From Veleropilina oligotropha (lineage: Eukaryota), in assembly GCA_048128005.1 (NCBI GenBank), contig JBEUKZ010000018.1, positions 186,001 to 250,000 of the forward strand: 64,000 nucleotides of DNA, given 5' to 3'. Below, in pieces: positions 1 to 11,565 of the stretch. Under the pieces are notes generated by a model. It was not told where the DNA came from and ran no database searches. It saw only the letters and a list, made by a program, of their open reading frames with translations. Within the stretch, counting starts at the first letter, position 1. Each line of letters starts with the position of its first letter. The translations under genes and the position numbers were made by a program.

Positions 1-734
1 GACATCATGCATTCATGCGCGGGTCTGGATAGTTTACATATTGAGTACTGTGTATATCTCTTGAATACAATGTGTATAATAACGCTTCTGACTGCTGTTT
101 GTTAACTTTACTAAGGAAAAAATAACCCCTTTGACAAGCTGAACATATGATGGGAAAACGAGATTGTCGTATTATTTACGTTGTGTAACATGTTGATTAT
201 TGCACCCTGGGGCGGAGATTCAACGTCTTCGACAATATTAGTTAACATCTGCTAGATTGCAGACAGAATTTATAACTAGGAGCAACATGGAGTCTTATCA
301 ATATCGTCAATGAGGTTGGCTCTTTTCTTAAAAAATACCACTATAATCATCATTTATATGACAAATTTTGGAGGAGATATGTCTTTTGTGCAGATTTACA
401 TTGATCTGCGGTGAAGAAGTCTGCATCGTGTTGCTCGGAATTAGGTTTGTCTTGGAATAAACTCTGAGAGAAGCACACTTCGCAACGTCCAAATATTGAC
501 GTTGTGATTTCCCCATCAATCTTCTCCGCTGTTTTCAATATGCGGCCATTGATTCCCGTCATTACATATATTTTGGGTCTCGGCTTCTGCTGCTGATCAA
601 ATATAACTGTGTTCCGTATAGCACTGTAGAAATTATTGGGTGGTGTTAAGATGCATTTTATGTTGGTGTAAAGTTGACAGATTGTGGACCAATTAACTAT
701 GATCAAGGCATCAAGTTAAATATGATTTTGGTCA

Positions 735-1797
735 TTTTTTATCCCCCCGGCATTAAATGCGGGGGGATATAGTCATCAGCATGTCCGTCCGTCCGTCCGT
801 CCCTCCGTCCGTCCGTCTGTCCGTCCGTCTGTAATCATTTCGTTTCCGGAGCATATCTCATAAACTGCTTTTCATATCTTTACGACACTTGGTGGGTGTA
901 TTATGGACATGGTGAACTGGTGCCTTTTGCCAGTTTCGACGTTGAGCGGCGATTATTAACAGAGTTATTTCCCTTGTTGTAAATTCTAATTGATATCGTT
1001 TCCGGAGCATATCTCATACACCGCTCGACATAACTTTACGAAACTTGCTGGGTGTATTAAGTAGTCGGTGAACTGGTGCCTTTTGCCAGTTTCGCCGTTG
1101 TGCGGCGATTATTAACAGAGTTATTGCCCTTGTTGTAAATTCTAATCGATCTCTTTTCCAGAGCATATCTCATATACCGCTCGATATAACTTTACGAAAC
1201 TTGCTGGATATATTAAGTAGTCGGTAAACTGGTGCCTTTTGCAAGTTTCGACGTTGAGCGGCGATTATTAACAGAGTTATTGCCCTTGTCTAATCGATCT
1301 CTTTTCCAGAGCATATCTCATATACCGCTCGACATAACTTTACGAAACTTGCTGGGTGTGTTAAGTAGTCCTGGGTGTGTTAAGTAGACTTAAATAGAAT
1401 TTGTTTGGGTTTAGAAAGTGCATTTCTGCAACTCATATAAAAACCCATTTTGGTAGCTCGGTCATCTATAGCCTTCCCTGTCTCTTAAAGTAGTCGGTGA
1501 ACTAGTGCGATTATTACCAGAGTTATTGCCCTTGTTGTAAATTTGTTAATGCTATCTCTTACAGAGCGTATCTCATAAACCGCTCAGCATAGCTTTATGA
1601 AATTTGGTGCAGTTCAATCCCTATGAATAATCATATTTTCATTACTTGTAAGTTCAACTTTATTCCGTTAGAATTCTGCTGAAACCTGTCCAGTTAAGAC
1701 ATGCTTAGTTACTGATGACTATGATTTCCTTGCCGCATCTTCTGTGTGAGACATCTGTGCACCGGGGGGATATGTCATCTTCTGATGGCTCTTGTTT
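735..1797 (+). mobile_element. Helentron-associated non-autonomous element (HINE/DINE-like) with internal tandem repeats
   Basis: T-run then TATCCCCCCG..CGGGGGGATA hairpin, (GTCC)n microsatellite, several internal repeats of roughly 140-150 bp (GCATATCTCATA..TTTACGAAACTTG..GGTGCCTTTTGC), 3' subterminal CCGGGGGGATA plus hairpin and CTTGTTT end. Confidence 0.75.
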
Positions 1798-1941
1798 AAT
1801 CTTTTCGTGGGTCTAGAATATTGTTTTATGCAATACTTTTACTACGATAAAAATTAACGAAAAACTGCAATGGCGCGTAATTTAAGTGCAAAGCCGATGA
1901 TTCTAACCCACTCTGTTAACCAGAAATTTGGATTGACAGGA

Positions 1942-2205
1942 GGATGGGGATGAATGATGCTTAATATCCTGTATATTTACAACATCGAGGTTCAAGGCAG
2001 GACATGTCCGTGTTATCGCGGGAGGAAACCCCGGTCGCCCGGGTAAACCCGCCCTATTCGGCCAGTCACGGACAACTGTGATTCATAACTTGAACAAATT
2101 TCAATGCCTCAGCAAGGTATTGAACCCACTACTGTTCGCATTAGCGGAATCAAGCCAGTGAAGTTAGAGTGGACACTCTACCCACTGCGCTGCCGAAGCG
2201 GCCAA
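1942..2205 (-). mobile_element. tRNA-derived SINE
   Basis: Minus strand begins GGCCGCTTCGGCAGCGCAGTGG (A-box like) with GGTTCAATACC (B-box like); 13-bp direct repeat TGGATTGACAGGA at 1929-1941 and 2206-2218; related copies near 6806-7292 and 11454-11565. Confidence 0.8.
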
Positions 2206-2508
2206 TGGATTGACAGGAACAGACTCTATGCAGAGTGTAAAAGTTCCAGCAACCATGCCCTCCTTATACATTACACAACCAAGCGGTCATTGAGATACTA
2301 AACTGCATATACAGTTTCTGATATTATAGTCGTGAACCACTTGATTTTAGTTTTCCTTCGTTTGTATATTCTGCAGCTTGGTGAATTATACAACCCATAA
2401 ATAATGATACATCTGCTAGCAGGCATTTAATTAGTTTAACCGAGAAGCGATGTAAAACGACATTAATTGTAAACATCTTGTGTGCGTTTGTCTGCAGTGC
2501 GGTTTTTG

Positions 2509-2772
2509 TAATTGAAGACTTGAGTGGAAAAAGTGCTTAAGTCACATTTTTGGAATATTACATATTACTAAGCTAGATAGCCAGACTATGTGTCCTTCAC
2601 CTATGGAAACAATCTATGCCATAGAAAACGTGCTTAAGTCAAATATAATCAATGCATAGTAAGTAACATGGAAACAACCTCTGTAATAAGGAAAAACAAA
2701 TATTAAAATGGTGATAATCTCTAGAAGTACAAAATGTGACTTAGGCACTTTTTCCACTTGGCTGTTCAATTA
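2509..2772. mobile_element. MITE with ~40-bp terminal inverted repeats
   Basis: TAATTGAA..AGTGGAAAAAGTGCTTAAGTCACATTTT at the left is the near reverse complement of AAAATGTGACTTAGGCACTTTTTCCACT..TTCAATTA at the right. Confidence 0.7.
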
Positions 2773-3306
2773 GTAAAAAACTTCAATGGGCAGATGTGGA
2801 ATAATTCTGATCATCTTTCGATTTGCGCAATTTTAACTTTATGCCAGGTAGACTTCACAATAACTGTTTATGTCACAACATGTAGAAGCTGATAATTCCA
2901 GATGCGTGGACATAGACACACAATATGATGACTGGGCGAGTGCTTGCAGACATGGAACGGAGCACCAACGTTATGTTTGATGTTGCATAAGCTTGGACTA
3001 CATGTATTTGATTGTGAATATCGTATCTACATGCTCTGAATGACAAGTTAGTAGGGACCAGGCTTTTGTGCGGATACCAATCGATTTGTGGTACATGTAC
3101 TTGAAGCAGAAGTCTGCTGCATGTCAGATAGAATTAGGGTCATCTTGAAGAAACTCGGAGGAAAGCACATTCCACGAAGTCCAAATATTGATATTGTGAT
3201 CGTGCCACCAGTTGTCCTGTTCAAAGCTCTTCCACAGAAATAAGCACGCATCGAACGTATATCTTGATGTTGTGTAGATCACTAAAAATGTTGAAAAAGT
3301 GTTTAA

Positions 3307-4013
3307 AGGTCAAATACGGCAGTGGGACATAAAATTAGTCATTCTATCATTTTATGTTATCTAATATTCAAATAAACATTTTCTGAAAAATTTGTCATCG
3401 AAAAAAAATGTTTAGATGTTCTTTATAATTAAATAAATGTCACGGCCATGGAATGTGGTGAGGAAAGTCTATAATTAGGTAATCGCCAGTATGACGTCAT
3501 AACAGTGATTGATTGATTGGTTAGTGAAGCTCGTGTGAAAACAACATCGTGGCAGGAAAATTCCCTGAGTTCAGAGCAATTTGTGTGAAGATTATCAGCA
3601 TAGAATAGTATACTTATGAATGCTAATGGAAATGAATTTATGTGTAATGTATTTATTTGATTATCAAAACTGCCGTAATATACATGTTTTTACTCTTGTG
3701 TGATTTTATTTGCAATGACATAAGTCCTATTGAATGTGGCACCAGTTATCGCGATCTTCGCACTAATTGTCCTAGCACGAGCTGTCATGATTATGGCATT
3801 TTTTGGATGGTTTGCGGTCATAATCGCTTGCAAGGTCACAGGTCACGAATAAAGTTTCGCTGGACACGCCCAACTTTTTGACAATGTTAAACAATATTAT
3901 TTTGGTGTAATTTCAATATTTTTTTTGTTTTAACTGGCTTAACATATATTTAATGTTTATATAATCATAATTCTAGTACGAATATACGATTTTATGACTG
4001 CCATATTTGACCT
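3307..4013. mobile_element. Non-autonomous DNA transposon, Kolobok-like
   Basis: TIRs AGGTCAAATACGGCAGT / ACTGCCATATTTGACCT, each flanked by TTAA (3303-3306, 4014-4017); purine-purine terminus with TTAA TSD is the Kolobok signature. Confidence 0.7.
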
Positions 4014-5555
4014 TTAAATGGGGTAGACTACTCGAATAAACCCAATGAATAATATTATGGTGAATATTGCATGAATGCAGTTGGTTAAATTAAGTCGGCC
4101 ATTTTCATGATCCATATTTTTATTGGCAGCCACTTTAAGCAGGTATTTTCTTCTAGAACTTTTGCAATATTTTCATAGGGGATTAGTGATTCCGCGATAA
4201 GGCCACTTCCCTATCTATCTGCATGGCTTTGGAATTTGACTTCAGAAGGAGGAAATTAGCTGGCCTTTGTAAACATCGGGTCCTTTACTTGCCTCTCCTT
4301 AGGTCTGTGGAGCAATCTGGTCAACGTGCAACCACCGAATTATAGTCTGTACGGAATCGATCTAAGAAATCCTCAAACTGCCAGGAATCGCCATTCTAGA
4401 GTGCACCAATCCACCTCAATATTGTATTAATATTAGAAACAATTAAAAAGGCTGGAAACTGCTTCTTAATATTTAATTCCCTGTTCTGGCTGTGTAATAT
4501 GATTTTGTTTGGTACTGAATACTATAATATTATAGTGCTGCACTCGTAGTCTAGTGCATATATAATAGTGCGTTCAAATCCTCGATGGTGCTTCATTTGT
4601 TCAGGCAATGTTGAAGCACTGGTTGAAGCACTGGTACTCTTTGTTTCACGGTTGCCCATAGTTGTCGGGTGAGGCTCGAGTTTTCTTTTGCGATCATGAT
4701 TAGCATGTCTTAGTATGAATCTGCAAGTTGTTAAAAACAGCTACAACATTAGGCACCGATTCAAACCAATATTTTGCTGAAATATATGCATCCATGTAAA
4801 AGAATTATTTTTTTACTGCTTGTCATGTACATGCATGGTTTAAATAACCATCAAATTTACATGCATGGCCATCAAATTTACATGCATGGCCATCAAATTT
4901 TATGGATGGGAATAATCTCACTTATCTTCTATGGAAAAGTATAACCTCAAAATGACAAATTAATGTCAACCTCATTCTACAATTAAACTTTCAGCTGTTG
5001 CCACCCATGATTATATGAATTCAAATTGTTTAAAAGATTTATGCATTTGTCATATCATTTTGCGTACATATGAAAAGATAAAGGCTGTTAGTGAATGTGT
5101 CTCTTAATGTATTCACGCTGTTTTCTAATATTAGAATCCGAGGGCATTTCACCGATTTATCTCTAGATATTAATAATTTAGCAATGTTGTGATGGCACGG
5201 TGCACAAATCGTTGGTCCGTTTGTTTTGTTGCATAAATGGTCGTCACTTGTTTGACTTTATTTAGTCAGACACAAGCGTATCAGCATTATTCCGTTATGA
5301 CGTTAATCATCAGAGACAGATCACATTTTAAATGTGTTATCCTCTAGACTGAAGCTCCATAGTGCGATCTTATTACTAATAGATGAAGTAACGATTCTGC
5401 CCTGCTTGCGTAACAGCTATCTAAGCAGAAAGTCTATTAGAACGTAACGTCTCTGAATAATTGATGAAGATTTCAGAGAATTCCAGCAATAAAAGCTTGG
5501 AGCTATTATTGGCATTATGCAGATAACGGCCAGTACACCAAGAGGGGGGGGGGGC

Positions 5556-6801
5556 ATATGGGTTTATGATGATGGGTCATATGGGTTTATGATGAGGGTC
5601 ATATGGGTTTATGATGGGGGTCATATGGGTTTATGATGAGGGTCATTGGTTTATGATGAGGGGTCATATGGGTTTATGATGAGGGATCATATCGGTTTAT
5701 GATGAGGGGTCATACGGGTTTATGATGAGGGGTCATATGGGTTTATGATGAGGGGACATGGGTCTATGATGAGGGGTCATATGGGTTTATGATGGGGGTC
5801 ATATGGGTTTATGATGGGGGTCATATGGGTTTATGATGAGAGGTCATATGGGTTTATGATGAGGGGTCATATGGGTTTATGATGCAGGGACATGGGCTTA
5901 TGAGGGTCATAGATTTATGATGAGAGGTCATATGGGTTTATGATGAGAGGTCATATGGGTTTATGATGAAGGGTCATATGGGTTTATGATGATGGGTTAT
6001 ATGGGTTTATTATGAGGGGTCATATGGGTTTATGATAGGGGTAATATGGGTTTATGATGGGGGTCATATGGGTTTACGATGAGAGGTCATATGGGTTTAT
6101 GATGAAGGGTCATGGGTTTATGATGAGGAGTCATGGGTTTATGATGCAGGGACATGGGTTTATGATGAAGTGCCATATGGGTTTATGATGAGGGGTCATA
6201 TGGGTTTATGATGAGGGGTCATGGATTTATGGTGAGGGGTCATATGGGTTTATGATGGGGATCATATGGGTTTATGATGAGTGGTCATGGGTTATGATGA
6301 GGGGTCATATGGGTTTATGGTGATGGGCCATATGGGTTTATGATGAGGGGTCATGGGTTTTCGAGGGGTCATATGGGTTTATGATGAGGGGTCATATGGG
6401 TTTATTATGAGGGGTCATATGGGTTTATGATAGGGGTCATATGGGTTTATGATGGGGGTCATATGGGTTTATCATTAGGGGTTTATGATGAGGGGTCATA
6501 TGGGTTTATGATGAGGGGCCATATGGGTTTATGATGAGGGGTCATACAAGTTTATGATGAGGGGTCATATGGGTTTGAGGGGTCATGGGTTTATTATGAG
6601 GGTCATATGGGTTTATGATGGGGTCATATGGGTTTGTTATGAGGGGCCATATGGGTTTATGAGGGGCCATATGGGTTTGAGGGGTCATATGGGTTTATGA
6701 TGAGGGGCCATATGATGATGGGTCATATGGGTTTATGATGAGGGGTCATAGGGGTTTATGATGAGGGGTCATATGGGTTTATGATGAGGGGTCATATGGG
6801 T
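5556..6801. repeat. G-rich minisatellite, ~23-bp unit CATATGGGTTTATGATGAGGGGT
   Basis: Directly visible degenerate tandem array of about 1.25 kb. Confidence 0.95.
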
Positions 6802-6805
6802 TAAC

Positions 6806-7292
6806 ATGATGAATGGTTGGATTAATGTCCTGTCTATTTACAACCTTCCGGATCAAGGCAGGACATGTTCATATTAACGCGGAAGGAAAACCTGGTTGCT
6901 CGGAGAAACCCGCTAGTTACGAGCAGCTGTGATTGACAACTGAACAATGAATGCCATGGCCCCAAATGAGATTCGAACCCACTCCATTCAGAGCAGTCAG
7001 TTCACATTCACAGTTGTCCGTAACTGACCAGGGAGCTAGGGTGAGTTCGTCCGGGCGATCAGGCTTGGACATGTCTGGGTTTGAACCTGAAGGTCGTAAA
7101 TATATATAGGACATTAAGCATCGATCGATTCCGATCACAGTCACTCGGGAAGATCTACCCTTATCAGCCAGTCATGGACAACTGTGACTGTTCATTGAGG
7201 AGCACCCCGCCCATCGAGGATTTGAACCCATCTCCTTTTAGACAATGAATTCGGAGTCTGCACTGTTATCCACTCTGCCACCAGTGTGGTCC
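6806..7292. mobile_element. Cluster of partial SINE copies (same family as 1942-2205) in both orientations
   Basis: Shared motifs TTAATGTCCTG, CAAGGCAGGACATG, GCCAGTCATGGACAACTGTG, ATTCGAACCC/ATTTGAACCC. Confidence 0.6.
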
Positions 7293-8424
7293 AAATATGG
7301 CAAGATTTTCACAAAGTGATGCCAAACTGTCTTTCGGATGGTCGTAACTGCTGTATTCTCGCTTGTCTGTTCCTCAATATTTTCATTCAACTAACCACAT
7401 GAGAAAGTGTGAATATTGAGGATTTTTTTAAACTTATCGTGGGTTTACGACATGGAAAGAAAATCCGTAAACAGAAATTACGTCTTAGTAATCCGGAGCC
7501 GGATCCAGATCATCATCCATGCGTGTCCATGGATGACCGAGCCATCATAATCATATATATATTGGCTTCATCTCATCTTGTGGGAGACATTCAAGTAAAT
7601 ATAGGAGCGATATATAGTTGTTGCAGGCAAACAAATACATAAATACGGAGCCCATTTCAATACCCTTGAATATCCCTCCTGTGGATAACAAGGTGACCAG
7701 AGTTATCTCCCTTATTATAGATATTAAGGATCATTGATGGTTAATTCATAGCAGCTAAAATAAAATTATATATAAAATACTCATCATGGTATGATTTCTT
7801 GTCTGCACGTAAATGATGTATACACAAGTACAAGCCTTAATTGAATACATGTGTATTTCGATGAACAAATTTATTTAGGAAAATATAAAGTATAGCAAAG
7901 AAAGATAACTCTTGGCGGACTATATGTTGCTAATCTTCAAGAATTATAGGCATTGCAATGAAATGACTCTTGTGATCATTGGGTGGAAATTATATTATCA
8001 ACACAGGATGTGAATATTTCTGATAATATTTGATTTTATAGACAGAAATTGTTAAGTTGGATTTAATATTTCAGGATTTTTCAATTAAAATGCATAGATA
8101 ATTATTAGATGAAATAACTTTGTGACGTACTCACCCAGTTTAGTTCTTATCATCGCTGTTATTGTTATATTTTAGCAATCTTTAAAGACTGCTGATTTAT
8201 TTAAAGATTTTACACAAACATAGCGCCATGGCTAATCGTGTAAAGTTTAGAAAACCACGACATGAACGCTTCGCGAGGTCAACCAGGTCATCGGGAGAGG
8301 TTCTTTTGTTGTCATTTTCTTGTAACTCCCAAACTGGAATCGCTTCCACACACGACTGACTCGGGTAGTAAATTCCTGAACAATCAAGAAAGATGCCATG
8401 ATGCAAATTTTGTATTATTTCCAG

Positions 8425-8534
8425 GATCTCCGTCCGACAGGGCAGACCTGGAGGTCGGAGACGAGATTGTTGCCGTTAACGGAAAAAACCTGGAAGATTG
8501 CAGCCACGCTGAAGTCATCAACCACATCCACAAG
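8425..8534 (+). CDS. PALS1: Host exon, C-terminal half of a PDZ domain (long PALS1/MPP5/stardust-like isoform)
   Basis: Acceptor TTATTTCCAG, donor AAG|GTGAGG; peptide (G)SPSDRADLEVGDEIVAVNGKNLEDCSHAEVINHIHK is typical PDZ; ends in phase 0, joining exon 15510. Confidence 0.85.
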
Positions 8535-8872
8535 GTGAGGTAATAATTAGTCACCCACAAGGTGAGGTCATAGGTCATCCACAAGGTGATGTTAAAGTTC
8601 AAGCATAAGGTGAGGTCAGAGGTCGCTTGCATCCACAAGGTGAGGTCAGAGGTCATCCACAAGGTGAGGTCATAAGTCGCTCACAAGGTGATGTTAAAGG
8701 TCAAGCATAAGGTGATATCAGAGGTCGCTTGCATCCACAAGGTGAGGTCAGAGGTCATCCACAAGGTGAGGTCAAATGTCAAATGGCCATCTACAATTTG
8801 CCATCACAGGTCAGCCACAAGGTGTAATAATAGACAGGGGTCATTCACAAGATGAGGTCACCCACAAGATGA
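8535..8872 (+). repeat. Degenerate tandem repeat derived from the exon end and splice donor (CATCCACAAGGTGAGGTCA)
   Basis: About a dozen AAGGTGA-type copies follow the true donor. Confidence 0.85.
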
Positions 8873-9905
8873 ATTTACAGAATTCACAGCATATAAAGAG
8901 TTAACAGTAAACTGTAAGGATATTACCCCCCTTTCCTCTACCATATTCTATATCGATAATAATAATAATAAAATATAATAAATATCCTACCGTAACGCCA
9001 TTCCGTGGTACTCACGAATCCGTGGTATTTATATATGACGTCATATCTCGTAAAACGCGAACGCAGCTGCGCCAAATATCGAGTAGTTACGTACAAAAAT
9101 TAGAACAGAAAGGTACTCGCAACTCAATTGCGAGGTAGGCCTAGCCTCCGTGCAGACAAAGTCCACTTGTATCAGGCCAGTATACGATTACGACGCAAGG
9201 TCCAATTATGATATAGCTCATTCGGTTAATAAAATTTCTAATGGATATATTGAACATTTAAATTTTATTTACCAACATTTTGGGTTTAAAAATCTGCTTG
9301 AACAATTCTTCTGTCGACTTCAAATGTGTCCACTATTATTGATAAACACGCTCATGCCATTGAAAAATGGTTGATTGGCATTTACCACGGATTCATGTGA
9401 CGTCACTATTATATGAGCTTCATTCAACCTCCATTACTATCGGCCACATGGATACCCGTGATCATGGATATGTCGCTATTTTGTGATTAAATTACGAAGA
9501 AGTAAGTGTTTTATCCATTGATGTTTCGTTCATAGTTGACTGTTGCTTGATTTTTCGTTTATTTCACTTTATTCGTTATTGCCACGGAAACCCATGTCGC
9601 CATTGTATAATAAAATAAAAATATAAATAAGAACACAATACAGGATACCAGGTGACCGAACACAGCGCATTTGTGTCGGTCAAAAGGTTATTAATATTTG
9701 TAAAATTAATCAAATAAGATGGTGAGCAGTAAAATGTGACTTACATGAAGCGTACGTAATGCATATGTTGTCATGTGATTTCCAACATGTTTACATTGAT
9801 AACATGAAAATATGTATGTAGTGTAAAACTCACATTGTATCAACTATAAAACAGTTTTGACATGTTAAATATGGATCAAAATCAATTTTGGATAATTGTG
9901 ACTCG

Positions 9906-10636
9906 CTGACCTCAAGGCAGGTGCCCCTGACCTCACACTCTCTGGTGTCAAGGCAGGTGCCCCTGACCTCACACTCTCTGGTGTCAAGGCAGGTGCCCCT
10001 GACCTCACACTCTCTGGTGTCAAGGCAGGTGCCCCTGACCTTACACTCTCTGGTGTCAAGGCAGGTGCCCCTGACCTCACACTCTCTGGTGTCAAGGCAG
10101 GTGCCCCTGACCTCACACTCTCTGGTGTCAAGGCAGGTGCCCCTGACCTCACACTCTCTGGTGTCAAGGCAGGTGCCCCTGACCTTACACTCTCTGGTGT
10201 CAAGGCAGGTGCCCCTGACCTCACACTCTCTGGTGTCAAGGCAGGTGCCCCTGACCTCACACTCTCTGGTGTCAAGGCAGGTGCCCCTGACCTCACACTC
10301 TCTGGTGTCAAGGCAGGTGCCCCTGACCTCACACTCTCTGGTGTCAAGGCAGGTGCCCCTGACCTCACACTCTCTGGTGTCAAGGCAGGTGCCCCTGACC
10401 TCACACTCTCTGGTGTCAAGGCAGGTGCCCCTGACCTCACACTCTCTGGTGTCAAGGCAGGTGCCCCTGACCTCACACTCTCTGGTGTCAAGGCAGGTGC
10501 CCCTGACCTCACACTCTCTGGTGTCAAGGCAGGTGCCCCTGACCTCACACTCTCTGGTGTCAAGGCAGGTGCCCCTGACCTGGGGTCAAGGCGCCCCTGA
10601 CCTTACACTCTCTGGTGTCAAGGCACTCCTGACCTT
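9906..10636. repeat. Highly homogeneous 36-bp minisatellite TGACCTCACACTCTCTGGTGTCAAGGCAGGTGCCCC (~19-20 copies)
   Basis: Directly visible. Confidence 0.97.
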
Positions 10637-11453
10637 ACGTCTAACAGATAAGGATATGTCATGTAGAACGTTTATCAGATAATTAAATCAGCTATTTTGC
10701 TTAATGAGATTCTTGTATAAATAGTCCCTTATTTACGTTAAATATGACACTGCAAATAATCATATTGAAGAAGGAATTTTTCTAGTCATGGAGACATATT
10801 TCTTTGGCAATGCCAATTTTCTTGATGACATGCGGCGACAGTGCGATGCGCTTCTCTATGGTTCGTGAAATATTATATTCATCCAATCATGTTTGCGTCT
10901 GAATGTGGTGGAATATTACGTTAGTTTCGAATAAAAGCCTTACAGTGGACATGTAGGTAGCCTTAATGAATCGCATTCTTGACCAGTCGTGGACAGTTCA
11001 AGTGGCCCGACCGACCAGTTATTAGTTATTGATCTGATATCGATCTGAGCTCCGTTAAACGCTCGCAAGAAGTGGCTTCAGAATGAAGATTTCCTTTACA
11101 GAAATGAAATTCTGTGGTAAATTTATATTAAGTGGCTACTCTTAGAGCGACGTTCGTCTGGCTAATAGTGAATGACTGCGTCAGACCATTAGGAGATTCG
11201 ATGTATTAGTCTTACTCAAAACTATCCAGTTAATCTGAGCCAGCACTAACAGCAATGCCAGCTATAAGGTGCCTTGTCTTCTGTTGACCGATACTTACAA
11301 GTGTTCCGTAGACCATGGCGAGCCACAATTAAAGGTTTGATGATGTTTCTTTAAGGTATGTTGTTAATTCTTTATTGATCGATTTTAAACATTGAAATAT
11401 TTCTATATTGTTATTCTCATTTGAAAATAATATTATTTTATGAAATGCAATGT

Positions 11454-11565
11454 CGTGACTGGCTGAAGAGGGCGGGTTTACCCGGGCGACCGGGGTTTCC
11501 TCCCGCGATAACACGGACCTCGATGTTGTAAATATACAGGACATTAAGCATCATTCATCCCTCCC
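11454..11565 (+). mobile_element. 5'-truncated SINE copy
   Basis: Reverse complement of part of the 1942-2205 SINE; 13-bp TSD TGAAATGCAATGT at 11441-11453 and 11566-11578. Confidence 0.8.

Noticed and set aside
9865..10682. 232- and 264-aa ORFs of 12-aa repeats
   Set aside because: Artefacts of a stop-free 36-bp minisatellite; no splice or coding context
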